Assembly (NCBI RefSeq): GCF_031769215.1
Contig: NW_026783106.1
Coordinates: 1-64,000, forward strand
Length of the DNA stretch: 64,000 bases
Source of the DNA: Ylistrum balloti
Lineage: Eukaryota
Reading direction: 5' to 3'
Under the pieces are notes generated by a model. It searched no databases and was not told where the DNA came from. It saw nothing but the letters and a program-made list of their open reading frames with translations. A program made the translations under genes and the position numbers. Positions 22,701 to 37,500 of the stretch are shown piece by piece; position 1 is the stretch's first letter; the number at the start of each line of letters is the position of its first letter.

Positions 22701-25700
22701 TGTCTCTGTCCTCACAGGTGTTGGTATGTTGAAACAATCAGTACTCGGTAATTCCTCTTCAATACCACCAGAATCCCCCTCTATAACTGATGAACAAACC
22801 GCGTTAAGAACGCCAGCTTCACTCAATCCTGTCCCTTCTCGTTGAACGTATCGACGCAACAAATTTGCGTGTAAAACTTTCTGCCTGCCGTCGACAGACA
22901 CACCATAATCCATAGGCCCTTTACGTTCAACGATGCCATAAGGCCCACGCCACTGCATTTGGATTTTGTTTCGTTTCGTAGGTAGCGACACCAACACTTT
23001 CTCACCTGGCTCCATAACTCTGTTCTTCGCTTTCCGGTTGTAAAACTTTGCCTGTGTGACTTTCGCCTTTCGGAGCTGTTCTTGTGCCAACTTGCAGGTC
23101 TCCTCAAGACGTTCTCGCAGATCAAGAACATATTGGTAAGTACTTTTACTTCGGGGTCTGCAACCTCCTTCTCGCACAATTCACGTAAGATCATCATTGG
23201 TCCACGTACAACCCGTCCGTATAGCAACTCAAACGGGGAAAAACCCAAGCTTTCCTGTGGTACCTCCCTGTACGAGAACAATAAAGCATTCAAATATTTA
23301 TCCCAATCCTTTGGTCGCTCAGAGCACATCCTTCTTAACATCTGTTTTAGAGTTCCGTTATAGCGCTCAACCAGCCCATTACACATGGGATGATAAGGGG
23401 TTGTCGTAAGCTGACGTATCGACAGTAGCCTGCTAACTTCTCGCATGACAGATGATGTGAACTGACTCCCTTGGTCTGTTAGTACTTCCTTCGGTACTCC
23501 AACCCGACTGTATACGTCCACTAGCGTTTCTGCCACCCGTTCCGTCTCAATTCCCTTCAAAGCTACAGCCTCTGGATATCGTGTGGCGTAGTCGACAATC
23601 GTGAGTATGAACCTATTTCCCCGATCAGTAGCAGGTTGCAATGGTCCGACTATATCGATGGCGACTCGCTGAAACGGCGCATCAATAAGTGGCATCATTC
23701 CAAGTGGCACCTTCGTCACTCTGCCTTTCGGGAAAGTCCTCTGGCACACGTCACAAGAGCGACAATACCTCGTCACGTCAGACTGTGCTCCCGGCCAATA
23801 AAATTCTGCCATGATCCTGTCACTAGTTCGTTTGGCTCCCAAATGGCCTGCCATCATAGAATCATGAGCAAGTCCCATAACCTTCTGCCGGTACGTCGAG
23901 GGAACGACGAGTTGCTTGAAAATCCGTCCCTGCTGCGTAGATGGACTCTTATACTCCCTGTATACCAGACCATTCCGTGTGAAGAAATGTGGTTTCCCAC
24001 CATCACGTCTCTCCTTAACTTCTCCCGATACCGCCATCTCACGAATCTTAGCCAACGTTCCATCTGATATCTGGGCATCCTTGAAATCTATGGGATTTAT
24101 TTCTTGAAACACCTTGGGAACCTTTAGTGGTCTGTATGGCTTCTCTTCCGCCGCCTTCTGTGCCCTGGTCTGTACTGCACTAACCTGTTCCTCAAGGTTC
24201 CACTTCGGATTCGGATCTCCAGGAGATCTAATACCATGTATGTTTCCCAAAATGAGGTCATAAATTGGAGTGTCCATGCACCAAGCCATAACAGTTCCTT
24301 GATAGTATGGCGTATCAACGACAACATTCGCTGTATCAACTTTCAACTTACTACCATCTGCCAAGGTACACATCTTGGTATCACCAGTGAAATCTTCTGC
24401 GTCCACAAGACTCCTTCTGATAACGACTCCACTACAACCTGTGTCACGCAACACTGTGACAACATGCTTGCCGATAAGACCTCTCACCACAGGCATACCA
24501 GAATCCAACACAGGCGCACTACATGAAATGCTGAGCTGATCTGGATCTCGTTCATCGTTGTCATCTTCACTTGAACTAAGAGCTCCACATGAAGGCGGGT
24601 TACCCGTCTTCTTGCCGGATGAACGATGCTTGCGGATCCCTTCTATTTGTGCTGCCTCTTGTGCATCAGAGTCTGCCACTAATCCGACACGTGATTGCTT
24701 CTTCTTGGTACTGGCTGGACAATTGTAGGAAAGATGATCCGTCTTCTTGCAGATATAACACGTCTTTCCTCCTAAATTACTACCACTAATGACCTTACCT
24801 TTAGGCTCATCCCTTTTACCAACTGACTTTGTGAAGTCCCCTGGCGAACGGTTTCCCTGATACTGCTTATGTCCAGTATGTTTTGCCTTAACAAGGTTCG
24901 AAGGGTTGCCTCTGGCGTCAGCAAATTGATCTGCTAGCTTCGCCATTTCTGCCATGGACTTTGGAATGCGTTCCTTCAGAAACAGCCTAAGCTCACTTCC
25001 ACAAATCTGCAAAAATTGGTCCCGAAGCATTAAGTCCTTTAACCCGTCGTAGGTCTTCTAAGCTTTCGCCAACTCCAACCATCTGACAAAGTAGTTGTCC
25101 AACCTTACAGAAAACTGAGTAAGCGTTTCACCTGTGTCAGGCCTACCAGTCCGGAAACGTTGTCGAAACCCTTCCTCGGTCATCTCAAACCGCTTAAGTA
25201 AAGCCTCTTTCAGAGTATCGTAGTTGAGTGACTTTTCCACGGGTAGTCGACTGAAGACGTCTAAGGCATTACCCTTGAGAAGAGCACTGAGGTTAGTCGC
25301 CCACTGACTATCTCGATCCCAGTGTTGAGCTATAGCATACCGCTCAAACCGCTGCAAATAACTGTCAATGTTGTCCTTCCCTTCTTCGTAAGGAGGCAGT
25401 TTAGGACCCTTCACTAAACCATGGGACATCTTCTGGTCAGCACTTCCTGTAGGATTAGCACCTTGGGTTTTCTGATATTCCAATAACTCTATCTTCCTGC
25501 TATGTTCTCTCACAGCACGTTCCTCACGCTCCTTCTCCAGTGACAACTGTAACGCCATTTCATCCCTCTTCCCCTTCAATAGAACTAGCTGGTGCTGTCT
25601 CCCAGCTTCGGTTCGCTTTTCCTCTCTATCAAGCTTCCTCTCTTCTCTCTCTCTGTTTTGTTCATCAAGAATAAAATCACGGAGCTCTGACCCCTGTAGT

Positions 25701-27157
25701 CCAAGAGCACTCCCAGTTTTAAGTAATTCTTGAAGTGACGACATCATGCAAGTGGGTACAATGGAAACAACAAGAAACATGTACAACAAAGCAACATAAG
25801 CAACAATTTGTGTCGTACAGCAAAGTAATGCTACAAATATTACTACTGAACTCACCTCGGATGAACCAGCACAAATACAGGTTGCTATAACGCCAAATCA
25901 ACAGTGAGAGGGTGAAATCTGTTGTACTCTAAACGAATCCTAGTTAAATTCAAATTACTAATATAGTGCAAAATGAGCCATTCTACTTACCATGCAAAGT
26001 CGCCTCATCCCACCGCTGCCATCAAAAAGTGTAACCTGGACGAGCGCGACTCGCATAGAATGGCACAAACACATAATATACAATATATACAAGTTTAATA
26101 CACTATATACACATTATAAATTGTACACACAAATGTAAATATGTACAACTCACTCATTCATTCAAAACACACACACTTTAATAATTACATATGAAACAGT
26201 ATAGTCTGTCCTCAACGAATCTGGAAAGAGGTCTGGAAACGTCTCTGGACCGACTAACAACCATCAATGTTCACAGCATCGAACTTTTGCCCATAGGAAC
26301 GTCTGATGACAAATGTCCAACGGAATTCATAATTAGAGCACAACTGTCCACACACATAGCACCTGCCCACACAGGATATCAGAACATCTGTCCACACAGG
26401 ACATCATAGCATCTGACCACACAGGATATTAGAACAGCACGACCATATAGGACATATAGCATCTGCTCACACAGGACATCATAGCATCTGTCCACACAGG
26501 ACATCATAGCATCTGTCCACACAGGATATTAGAACATCTGCACGACCATATAGGACATCATAGCATCTGCTCACACAGGACATCATAGCATCTGTCCACA
26601 CAGGACATCATAGCATCTGCCCACACAGGACATCATAGCATCTGTCCACACAGGACTGTAACTGGCGGCTGTCCTGGCCCACATATGACTCTGTATTCAT
26701 TATATGTATGTATTCTGACTGTGTCACATTCGTTCCCGCCATCAACATGGGTAGAACTGCAATAACACAAGACTACGTCTGACTATGCTGACTATATAGT
26801 CTATAATGATTCATAAATATTTATACACAGTATTTCTTCTATTTCAACTATTATTTGTGTATATACATTCATCTGCCTACATACAGTAATTGATATGAAT
26901 CTATTCACTAACTCTAGCCTGAATTCCATGTAATTCATTGACATATTGACAAGTTTCGCTTATATTTATTAAATACAAACTAAATTCATATAACAGTTGA
27001 TATCTTATAGCTATAATAGAGATATATTGAACTGTACTCATATAGCGTTATAAGCATATACATTTATCGATAAATATTCGCCTCAAATATCAAACACAAC
27101 AGATTTCGGGCATATAATTGCAATATAAAGGCACAAGAAATGATTTCAAACTTACCG
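19774..27157 (-). mobile_element. Gmr1-like Gypsy element, copy 1 (5' LTR truncated, ORF disrupted)
   Basis: 3' LTR 19774-21232; partial 5' LTR 26030-27157; PBS near 26007-26024 with one mismatch. Near-identical to copy 2. Confidence 0.93.
21304..25747 (-). pseudogene. gag-pol: Gmr1-like gag-pol, copy 1
   Basis: Same protein as 34547-38992, but with GAG>TAG at 25058-25060 and 1-bp deletions near 23145 and 22420. Confidence 0.92.
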
Positions 27158-30100
27158 TAATGAGAGTACTTGGCGACAATACCACTGGGTTTTCAGGGTC
27201 GTCAGATACGGGTACCAGTGGTCGCTGGTTCACTTATAGCACAAGCTTCGGCTAGAAAAGTCGTAAGCACTTCATGCGTGAGGTGTTTAGTGTCAGTATT
27301 ACGCAACATGTTGTCCAGAATCCTTCTAACGGTACCAATAAGCCGTTCCCAAGATCCGCCCATATGGGAGGCATATGGAGGATTAAAAGTCCATGTGATG
27401 CTTTCCTCTGAAAGAAAGTCTTTTACGGCTTTGTCCTCGACATCAATAACATTCAAGTTAAGTTCCTTAACGGCTCCTACGAAGTTAGATCCTTTGTCCG
27501 ACCTAATGTGCTTTACCGGTCCTCTGATCGCGATGAATCTCCGCAGTGCGTTAATGAAGGAAGATGTGCTCATCTCCTCTACGACCTCAATATGTATCCC
27601 TCTCGATACCATGCAACAGAATATTATAGCCCAACGTTTTGCGTTAGCTTGTCCTCCCCTAGTTTTTCTCGCGCGCACATTCCATGGTCCAAACGTATCC
27701 AATCCAATGTAAGTGAAAGGCGGACATGGTGTCAAACGATCCTGCGGTAAAGTACACATTTTTTGTTCCACAAACTTTCCTCGGAGTTTCCTGCACACGA
27801 CACAGTGATGTAAGATAGAGGAAATTAATCGCTTTCCTCCCACTAGCCAATAACCAGAAGAACGTATTTTACCCTCCGTAATATGTCGGCCTTGGTGTTC
27901 CGATTTCTCGTGATAATGTCTCACGATTAGAGTAGCCACGTGATGTTTTGCTGGGACAATGATCGGATCCTTTCCAGGTAAGTCAATGTCACTATTCTGA
28001 ATCCTACCACTAATCCTCAGGAGCCCCTCGTCGTCTAGAAACGGCGACAATTTCAACAAAGAATTGTTCCTGTTTAACGGCAGTCCTTTCTGCAAACAGT
28101 CGATTTCCATCGAATAAAACTCTTGTTGAACAACCTTCAGTATGAGGTTCTTTGAATCGTTAGCAAAACGCAACACGTCTGGATTGTCTGTTCCGTTGTG
28201 ATGACGATGCGTCGTTACCGATCAACGGAAATACTTGGTCTCTATACGAACTTTGCAAATCACTCATGACGTCAACGGGTCCGTTCAACCACACTGACTT
28301 TCCAACGTCTTTCGCACGCATTGGCCTAGTCGCACTATCGGCAGGGTTACATTCACTAGAAACGAAACTCCACTGCTGTTTGGAAGATAACTTCAGAATC
28401 TTGTCAATCCGATTAGCAACATAAACGAAGAAACGGCGCGTGTCGTTAAATATATACCCTAGTACTACCTGACTGTCGGTATAGTAGTAGGTGGCGTCAA
28501 ACACAACATCGACGTGTTCGGATATAAATAAACCGAGTTCAGTAGCAAGAACAGCCGCGCATAGTTCTAGTCTTGGAATGGTATGTCCGTGGGAAGGCGC
28601 TACTTTCGATTTGCCAAGAACGTATCCAACAGAAGCATTTTCCTGTACGTCATAAATTTTCATGTATGCTACTGCGCCTATGGCATCCTTGACGCGTCTG
28701 AGAATACGTGTAGTTCACGACGAATTGCCTTTTCCAATGACGAATTGGAGTAACATCTCGAAATTTTCTAACTGTTCCAGATCTTTAAGCGAAGACCTCC
28801 ATTTTTTCCAATCAGAGTTCAAGTCCGGAGGTAAAGGGTCATCCCAGTCAAGATCATTTGACGATAACACATTTCGCATTACTAGTCTGCCTCCGAGAAT
28901 AACTGGTGCCACAAAGCCGAGGGGGTCGAATACACTATGTATTGTAGAAAGTACGCCTCGTTTGGTGAACGGTTTCACCTCATCAGAAACACTAAACGTG
29001 AACGTATCACAACCGACTTTCCAACGTAGTCCGAGACTCCTATGAACGACATCATCGAAGTCCATATCGCAAATTTCGCTGGTATCCTCTTTTGGAAACT
29101 GCTTTAAAACATCAACACTGTTCGACGAGAACTTGTGCAAGTGAATGTTTCCGTTTTGCCGTAATCGAGCTTGAGTGTCTCTCAACAACTGCACTGCGTG
29201 ACCTTCGTCAGATACAGAGGTCAACCCATCGTCAACGTAGAAGCTCTCTTTGACGAAACAACACACCTCGTCGCACGCGGAAGAATCGATATGGTCGCAA
29301 GCAGATTTCCTTAATCCAAGTGTGGCAATACACGGAGAAGACGAGTTGCCAAACACATGCACGCACATACGAAATTCCCTTAGCGGTTGTGTGGGATCAT
29401 TATCTTGAAACCATAAGAAACGTAGAAAGTTTCTGTCACGCTTGTGCACATAGAAGTTGAAAAACATCTGTTCAACATCGGCCATAATCGCAAGTCGTTC
29501 CTTCCTGAATTTCATTAACACACCAACCAAATTGTTTATGAGATCCGGACCTGTCATGAGAATGTTGTTAAGCGAATGTCCATTAAACTTTGCCGCCAAA
29601 TCGAACACGACTCGGATTTTGTTGGGTTTTTGGGGAAGATAAACCCCGAATATCGGTAGATACCATGCTTCCTCGCCGTCTTGTAACTCGGGAGCTACCT
29701 CTGCATGCTCCTTGTCAAAAGTGTTTTGCATAAACGCACAAAACTGTTCGCGCTTAGTAGGATTTTTCAGTAACGACTTTCGTAGATTTTCTGCGCGATG
29801 CCTTGCCTGATCCATATTGTTTGACAAAGTGGGTCGTTCCTTTTTTAGCGGTAACGGTGCACTCCAATTACCGTACTCGTCCTTAATAAACTCCCCTTCC
29901 ATGACACGCATGAATTCCTTATCCTGTTGCGAGTAACCAGGAATATCATCGAATTTTGTTCTTTGAAATATGTCCATTCCAATTGGCAACTTATCGGATT
30001 TTTCAAACTGAGCCTTGAAGTAATTCGGACACGGATCCATGAGAGTAGGTCTGCCATTCGGTAAAACGACCGTTTTGCTCACAGTTATGACCGTAGGTTT

Positions 30101-32547
30101 GTGAACGAGACCTAGGCACGATTCTCCTACAACTACCCAACCGAATTTTAATTTCTGTGCATATGGTTCACGTTCATGTCCAGTTCGCTGTTCCAACACA
30201 TGATGCGCCGAAATGAGATCTCTGCCAACGAGAAGCAATATGGGCGTATCGTTTTCATACTCTGGGATAAGATGAGCAATGTCCTGCATGTGACTATAGT
30301 GTCGTGCAACTTCCGGTGTAGGTATTTCCTGTTTCACATTCGGAATATGATTGCATTCTGTAATCAACGGTAATTTTAATGAGTATTCCTTGTCCAATGA
30401 TTCCATTACGTATCCGCTGCCTTGCCTCCCGGTTACCTGAATTTCACCGGCACATGATGAAAGTACGTATCCGGTTTCCGTAGAATGATCTCCAAAATAA
30501 TCGAAGAACTCACTTTTGGCCAATGTCCGATTGCTCTGCTCATCTATAATGGCATAAGCACGCAACACATTATTAAGTTGTCCGTCCTTGTAGATATTTA
30601 CTAACACCGTTTTTGCACACGATTTCCCCACGAAGGGACCGGTTTCACCGCACAACTGTGTACACTTGGAATTTATCTTACGATTGTCTCCCCTGATACT
30701 TGTCCTTTCCTCGCCGTGAGACTGACGGGGCTGATATTTGTCATCATGAAACATGGTGCAATGCGATGAACCTTTACACACAATACAGATTACTTTTTCT
30801 GTACAGTCCTTGGCCAAATGTTTGTCCTTACAACACTTAAAGCACACGCCGTGTTTTAAGAGAATTTCCCTCTTTTCGTCCTTGGATTTCGATAGAAACA
30901 GGTGGCAACCTGATAACAAATGCTTCACTTCTCTCGCACTGTCATGAAGTGGGCACAAAAATGCTGTAGGCACATTATTAACTTCCGTTTTCTTTGAAAA
31001 GACGTATGCATTCCTACTTCCAGTAGACGCAGTACGACGTTGTTCTTTGCTGACGCTAGGTACCGCAGTACCATCGGTGTAATTGAAACTCGGGTTGTTC
31101 ATTCGCGAGCTCATTTCCTGTATGAACCTCTCGAAAACACTGAATTTCGGATATGTAACATTGTGCTCGGTTTGATATCTGCACGCATAGTCACTCCATT
31201 TGTTCTGTATGAACACGGGTAACTTGCAAACAATTGGGTTTATACCGCTGGACGAATCGTAGTACGCCATTATCGAGCTGAACGCCGTGTTTTCCTTTAC
31301 TGCCTGAATTTCCGCCAATATGTTCGAAAGATCAAATAATTTCTGACCATCTCGGTTCGTTAATTTCGGGAATTTGTTTAGCCTTTCCCTCAAAGATAAC
31401 TCAATTTGCTCGGGCGCGCCGTACTTCTCACTGAGCCTAGTCCAGATTTTACACAAGGCTTGGGGTGGGTCGTGTATGTTTGCAGCACGTAGACTTACAG
31501 CCTGTTTTCGAGATTCTGGCCCCAACCATTTCGATAATAAGTCTAATTGTTCTTGAGGGCTTACATCAAGTTCCTTTACAACATTTAGGAATGACATTTT
31601 CCAGACACGATACTCCTCGGGTTTATCAGTAAACTGAGTGAGTCTACCCATAAGCAAGTCTTTCTTTAGCATAAATTTGGTCAAATCATTCAGTCCAGTT
31701 ACACACTGACCTGGGGTGAATTCTCGAGCCTCAACGTTTAACGGCACTTTATGTGAATAGGGGTCGGATGTTTCATAACCGGTGTTCAAATTTTCGGCTT
31801 GACTTTGCACAAATTCAACTGTCCTAGACTTCCTGTGTAACTCCTCATCCTCCGACGGTGCTTGTGAACAATGTCTGATAGGGCTACCAGTGTCAATAAC
31901 GTCATCCATAGCCTTGAGCTCGGCTGCTGCCTCGTCCAGTTCTCTTTGTGATTTTAACAGCTGAAGGGATTTTTGCAATTCGGCCTCTTTCTCAGCAAAT
32001 TTTAGCCTCACTTTGGCCGCTTCCAATTTCGCTCGTTGTTTCATATATACTGAACTGACCCTGGAGATGTTAGTTATGCTAGAACGCACTGAGGTTTTAC
32101 TTGTTTTCGACTTTATTGACATAATATCCGAAACGCCGTTTTTATATTCACTTACACTATGCCGAGGTTTTTCCTCGACTACAAACCCCTGTGAAATGTT
32201 ATCGATTGAATTTGGTCCAAAACCGTGTCACACTGGGATTTTAATGTTTCCACAGCTGTCATATGAGATAATAATTCTTCCTGGCCTTGTTCCGTTCTAC
32301 TTTCTTCCAAATATTTACTGAATTTGGTTGAAACTTGTTCATAGGATTCATATGATTGGGTAATGTCTGATGCCAAGGATTTTAATTCATCCAAGTTCAT
32401 ATTTTCATACTCAATATCAGTTATGAGACAATCTAAATTTCTGTATAAATTTAACAGTCTATGTTTATACTTGCCGACTGTGTCCTCAAATGCCTGACGT
32501 GCCTTTTCCGTCATTTTGATGGTTCTTTTTTCCGGGTTTTCAGCCAT
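27158..32547 (-). pseudogene. gag-pol: BEL gag-pol, copy 1 (frameshifted, 3' end deleted)
   Basis: Gag from MAENPEKR, Cys-His motifs CFKCCKDKHLAKDC, protease YAIIDEQS, RT FYVDDGL, RNase H, and integrase GLDTFGP/SDKGSNF/GGSWERL. 43-bp deletion near 32205. Confidence 0.92.
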
Positions 32548-32558
32548 GAGTTTTTTAC

Positions 32559-32977
32559 TGTGATGTCGAGTGAGTCCAAAGAAATACAAACTAAACGCCT
32601 TTAATGAGTTCCTTTATTACATATACAAAGTTCCCAGTTCCTATAGCCATAGTTCAAAATCATCACAAACACAGTGTAGGGGTTCTTGATTGCACCTAGC
32701 TTGCGCCCCAACCGGCGGTAAAAAACTGAAAAATACAGAAATTAACCTGTCCTTAGTACATATTTCAACAAAATTAATCAAACTTCAAACGTTTAAACCG
32801 TATTAAAGTTACCTCATGGGTCACCTAAGCCTTGCTAAATCCGTAAGTCTGTTTCCTTTGGACTTTCACGTAAACATATCCCATGATGCATTTTTCCACG
32901 ATGTACAAAGAATGAACTCTGAACCCTGACCTGACTACCAGAGCAGACGGACAATATAAAACTAGCGTTTCACTACA
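32559..32977 (-). repeat. BEL LTR b (shared middle LTR)
   Basis: The gag start lies on its left and the PPT on its right, so it acts as the 5' LTR of unit 1 and the 3' LTR of unit 2. Confidence 0.95.
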
Positions 32978-34546
32978 TTCCTCGCCTGATTGCTAAATCA
33001 CTACTACATTTAAACCCTGTGTAACCTGGACGAGCGCGACTCGTATAGAATGGCACAAACACATAATATACAATATATACAAGTTTAATACACTATATAC
33101 ACATTATAAATTGTACACACAAATGTAAATATGTACAACTCACTCACTCATTCAAAACACACACTTTAATAATTACATATGAAACAGTATAGTCTGTCCT
33201 CAACGAATCTGGAAAGAGGTCTGGAAACGTCTCTGGACCGACTAACAACCATCAATGTTCACAGCATCGAACTTTTGCCCATAGGAACGTCTGATGACAA
33301 ATGTCCAACGGAATTCATAATTAGAGCACAACTGTCCACACAGCATAGCACCTGCCCACACAGGATATCAGAACATCTGTCCACACAGGACATCATAGCA
33401 TCTGACCACACAGGATATTAGAACATCTGCACGACCATATAGGACATCATAGCATCTGCTCACACAGGACATCATAGCATCTGTCCACACAGGACATCAT
33501 AGCATCTGTCCACACAGGATATTAGAACATCTGCACGACCATATAGGACATCATAGCATCTGCTCACACAGGACATCATAGCATCTGTCCACACAGGACA
33601 TCATAGCATCTGCCCACACAGGACATCATAGCATCTGCCCACACAGGACATCATAGCATCTGTCCACACAGGACTGTAACTGGCGGCTGTCCTGGCCCAC
33701 ATATGACTCTGTATTCTATATATGTATGTATTCTGACTGTGTCACATTCGTTCCCGCCATCAACATGGGTAGAACTGCAATAACACAAGACTACGTCTGA
33801 CTATGCTGACTATATAGTCTATAATGATTCATAAATATTTATACACAGTATTTCTTCTATTTCAACTATTATTTGTGTATATACATTCATCTGCCTACAT
33901 ACAGTTATTGATATGAATCTATTCACTAATTCTAGCCTGAATTCCATGTAATTCATTGACATATTGACAAGTTTCGCTTATATTTATTAAATACAAACTA
34001 AATTCATATAACAGCTGATATCTTATAGCTATAATAGAGATATATTGAACTGTACTCATATAGCGTTATAAGCATATACATTTATCGATAAATATTCGCC
34101 TCAAATATCAAACACAACAGATTTCGGGCATATAATTGCAATATAAAGGCACAAGAAATGATTTCAAACTTACCGCAAACTGTATTTTGCGTTGGCTAAC
34201 CCCATATAAGCAATAACTGACTGCCAAAATTTACACCGCTGTTCTCGCTTACATGTATATTTTCCTTCCGGCGAGACTAATTTCAAATATTCGAACTCGG
34301 ATCCGGAGAATCCGCATTTATAAAATTTACAGCAAATAATTAAGAAAATAAAAGTACAATATTTAGACCAGATAATACCTGATTTCTTTCATCGAATACA
34401 TGTACAAATAGTTCAGACATTGTTTGATATATACAAAAATGTAAAATATACAAAAGTATGGTTGGGACTGTGACATACGCCCCCGCTTCAAGAAATAACC
34501 CTTCTTTTATTTCTCTAACTACATCACAACCATAATAGTCCAAAGT

Positions 34547-37500
34547 CTAAACTCTACTGAGAAAGTCTGCTCCCACATTGTCTGTTCCTTTGATAGGCTG
34601 TATCCGAAATCGATGTGGCTGAAGCTGCAACGCCCACCTCATTAAGCGTGCATTCGTCCCTTTGGATTTGTTGAGATATAACAACGGTTGGTGGTCCGTT
34701 TCCAAGACGAACTGACGACCATAGAGATATTTTTGAAATTTGGAAATTCCCCACACAACCGCAAGACACTCTTTTTCAACAACAGAATATGACACTTCAC
34801 CACCTTTAAGTTTCCTGCTCATGTACGCAACTGGATGTACAACCCCATCCACCTCTTGCAACAGGATAGCTCCGATGCCATTATCTGAAGCATCAGTCCT
34901 CAGGATGAACTCGGAATTCAAATCAGGTAGTTTCAGAACAGGACTAGTCGACAACACTTTCTTCAGCGTTTTGAAAGCTAGATCATGTGGTTCCTTCCAG
35001 ATAACTGCATTCGGCTGACCTTTCCTAGTGAGGTCCGTCAAGGGTGCTGCAATCGTAGCAAAGTTGGGTACGAATTTCCTGTAGAAGCCCGCTAAGCCGA
35101 TAAAGGATCGCACTTGCTTCTTCGTCTTTGGTATCTTTGCTTCCAGAATAGCTTTGACCTTATCTGGATTGGGTTGCAAAAGCTGTTGTCCAATCATATG
35201 TCCCAAACACTCCAGGCTTTCGAATCCTAACGCACACTTCGTAGGTCTAGCTGTTATCATGGCTTTCCTCAGACGTACAAACAACCCACGTAGTATTGCA
35301 AGATGTTCCTCCCAAGTCTTGGTGTAGATCAAGATGTCATCAATGAAACTTTCTATGTTCTTCATGCTCTCTAGCAGAATCCTCATTAGGCGGCAAAAAG
35401 TAGCCGGTGCGTTCACCAAACCAAATGGCATAACAGAAAACTGAAACAAACCGATGGGTGTTGTGAACGCTGTTTTCTGTTTCGATGTCTCCTCCATTGG
35501 CACCTGCCAGTATCCTTTACTGAGATCTAAGCGGGAGAAATATCTGTTTCCTGACAGTCGAGAAAAAATATCGTCCGCATTCGGCATCGGTTCAGCGTCG
35601 AAGATGGTTACCCGGTTCAGTTGCCTGTAATCAATACAAAAGCGGTTTGTGCCGTCTTTTTTCCTGACGATTACCACCGGTGCTGCATATGGTGCATCGG
35701 ACTTTTCAATGACTCTCATCTTCAGCATCTTTTCTACTTCTTCTCGGATGGTTTCCTTCAAATTATAGGGAATCGGATAGTTCTTTGCCCTAACTGGTTC
35801 GTTGGTAGTTGTTCGGATATCATGAACTACCAAATTAGTTCTCCCAGGAACATCTGACAATACATCTGAGAATTCTTCCAACAAAGTCTTCATCTCTACC
35901 TTCTGTTTGGATGTCAGTAGCTCTGATACTTGCACGTCTTCTACTGTCTCTGTCCTCACAGGTGTTGGTATGTTGAAACAATCAGTACTCGGTAATTCCT
36001 CTTCAATACCACCAGAATCCCCCTCTATAACTGATGAACAAACCGCGTTAAGAACGCCAGCTTCACTCAATCCTGTCCCTTCTCGTTGAACGTATCGACG
36101 CAACAAATTTGCGTGTAAAACTTTCTCCCTGCCGTCGACAGACACAACATAATCCATAGGCCCTTTACGTTCAACGATGCCATAAGGCCCACGCCACTGC
36201 ATTTGGATCTTGTTTCGTTTCGTAGGTAGCAACACCAACACTTTCTCACCTGGCTCCATAACTCTGTTCTTCGCTTTCCGGTTGTAAAACTTTGCCTGTG
36301 TGACTTTCGCCTTTCGGAGCTGTTCTTGTGCCAACTTGCAGGTCTCCTCAAGACGTTCTCGCAGATCAAGAACATATTGGTAAGTACTCTTTACTTCGGG
36401 GTCTGCAACCTCCTTCTCGCACAATTCACGTAAGATCATCATTGGTCCACGTACAACCCGTCCGTATAGCAACTCAAACGGGGAAAAACCCAAGCTTTCC
36501 TGTGGTACCTCCCTGTACGAGAACAATAAAGCATTCAAATATTTATCCCAATCCTTTGGTCGCTCAGAGCACATCCTTCTTAACATCTGTTTTAGAGTTC
36601 CGTTATAGCGCTCAACCAGCCCATTACACATGGGATGATAAGGGGTTGTCGTAAGCTGACGTATCGACAGTAGCCTGCTAACTTCTCGCATGACAGATGA
36701 TGTGAACTGACTCCCTTGGTCTGTTAGTACTTCCTTCGGTACTCCAACCCGACTGTATACGTCCACTAGCGTTTCTGCCACCCGTTCCGTCTCAATTCCC
36801 TTCAAAGCTACAGCCTCTGGATATCGTGTGGCGTAGTCGACAATCGTGAGTATGAACCTATTTCCCCGATCAGTAGCAGGTTGCAATGGTCCGACTATAT
36901 CGATGGCGACTCGCTGAAACGGCGCATCAATAAGTGGCATCATTCCAAGTGGCACCTTCGTCACTCTGCCTTTCGGGAAAGTCCTCTGGCACACGTCACA
37001 AGAGCGACAATACCTCGTCACGTCAGACTGTGCTCCCGGCCAATAAAATTCTGCCATGATCCTGTCACTAGTTCGTTTGGCTCCCAAATGGCCTGCCATC
37101 ATAGAATCATGAGCAAGTCCCATAACCTTCTGCCGGTACGTCGAGGGAACGACGAGTTGCTTGAAAATCCGTCCCTGCTGCGTAGATGGACTCTTATACT
37201 CCCTGTATACCAGACCATTCCGTGTGAAGAAATGTGGTTTCCCACCATCACGTCTCTCCTTAACTTCTCCCGATACCGCCATCTCACGAATCTTAGCCAA
37301 CGTTCCATCTGATATCTGGGCATCCTTGAAATCTATGGGATTTATTTCTTGAAACACCTTGGGAACCTTTAGTGGTCTGTATGGCTTCTCTTCCGCCGCC
37401 TTCTGTGCCCTGGTCTGTACTGCACTAACCTGTTCCTCAAGGTTCCACTTCGGATTCGGATCTCCAGGAGATCTAATACCATGTATGTTTCCCAAAATGA

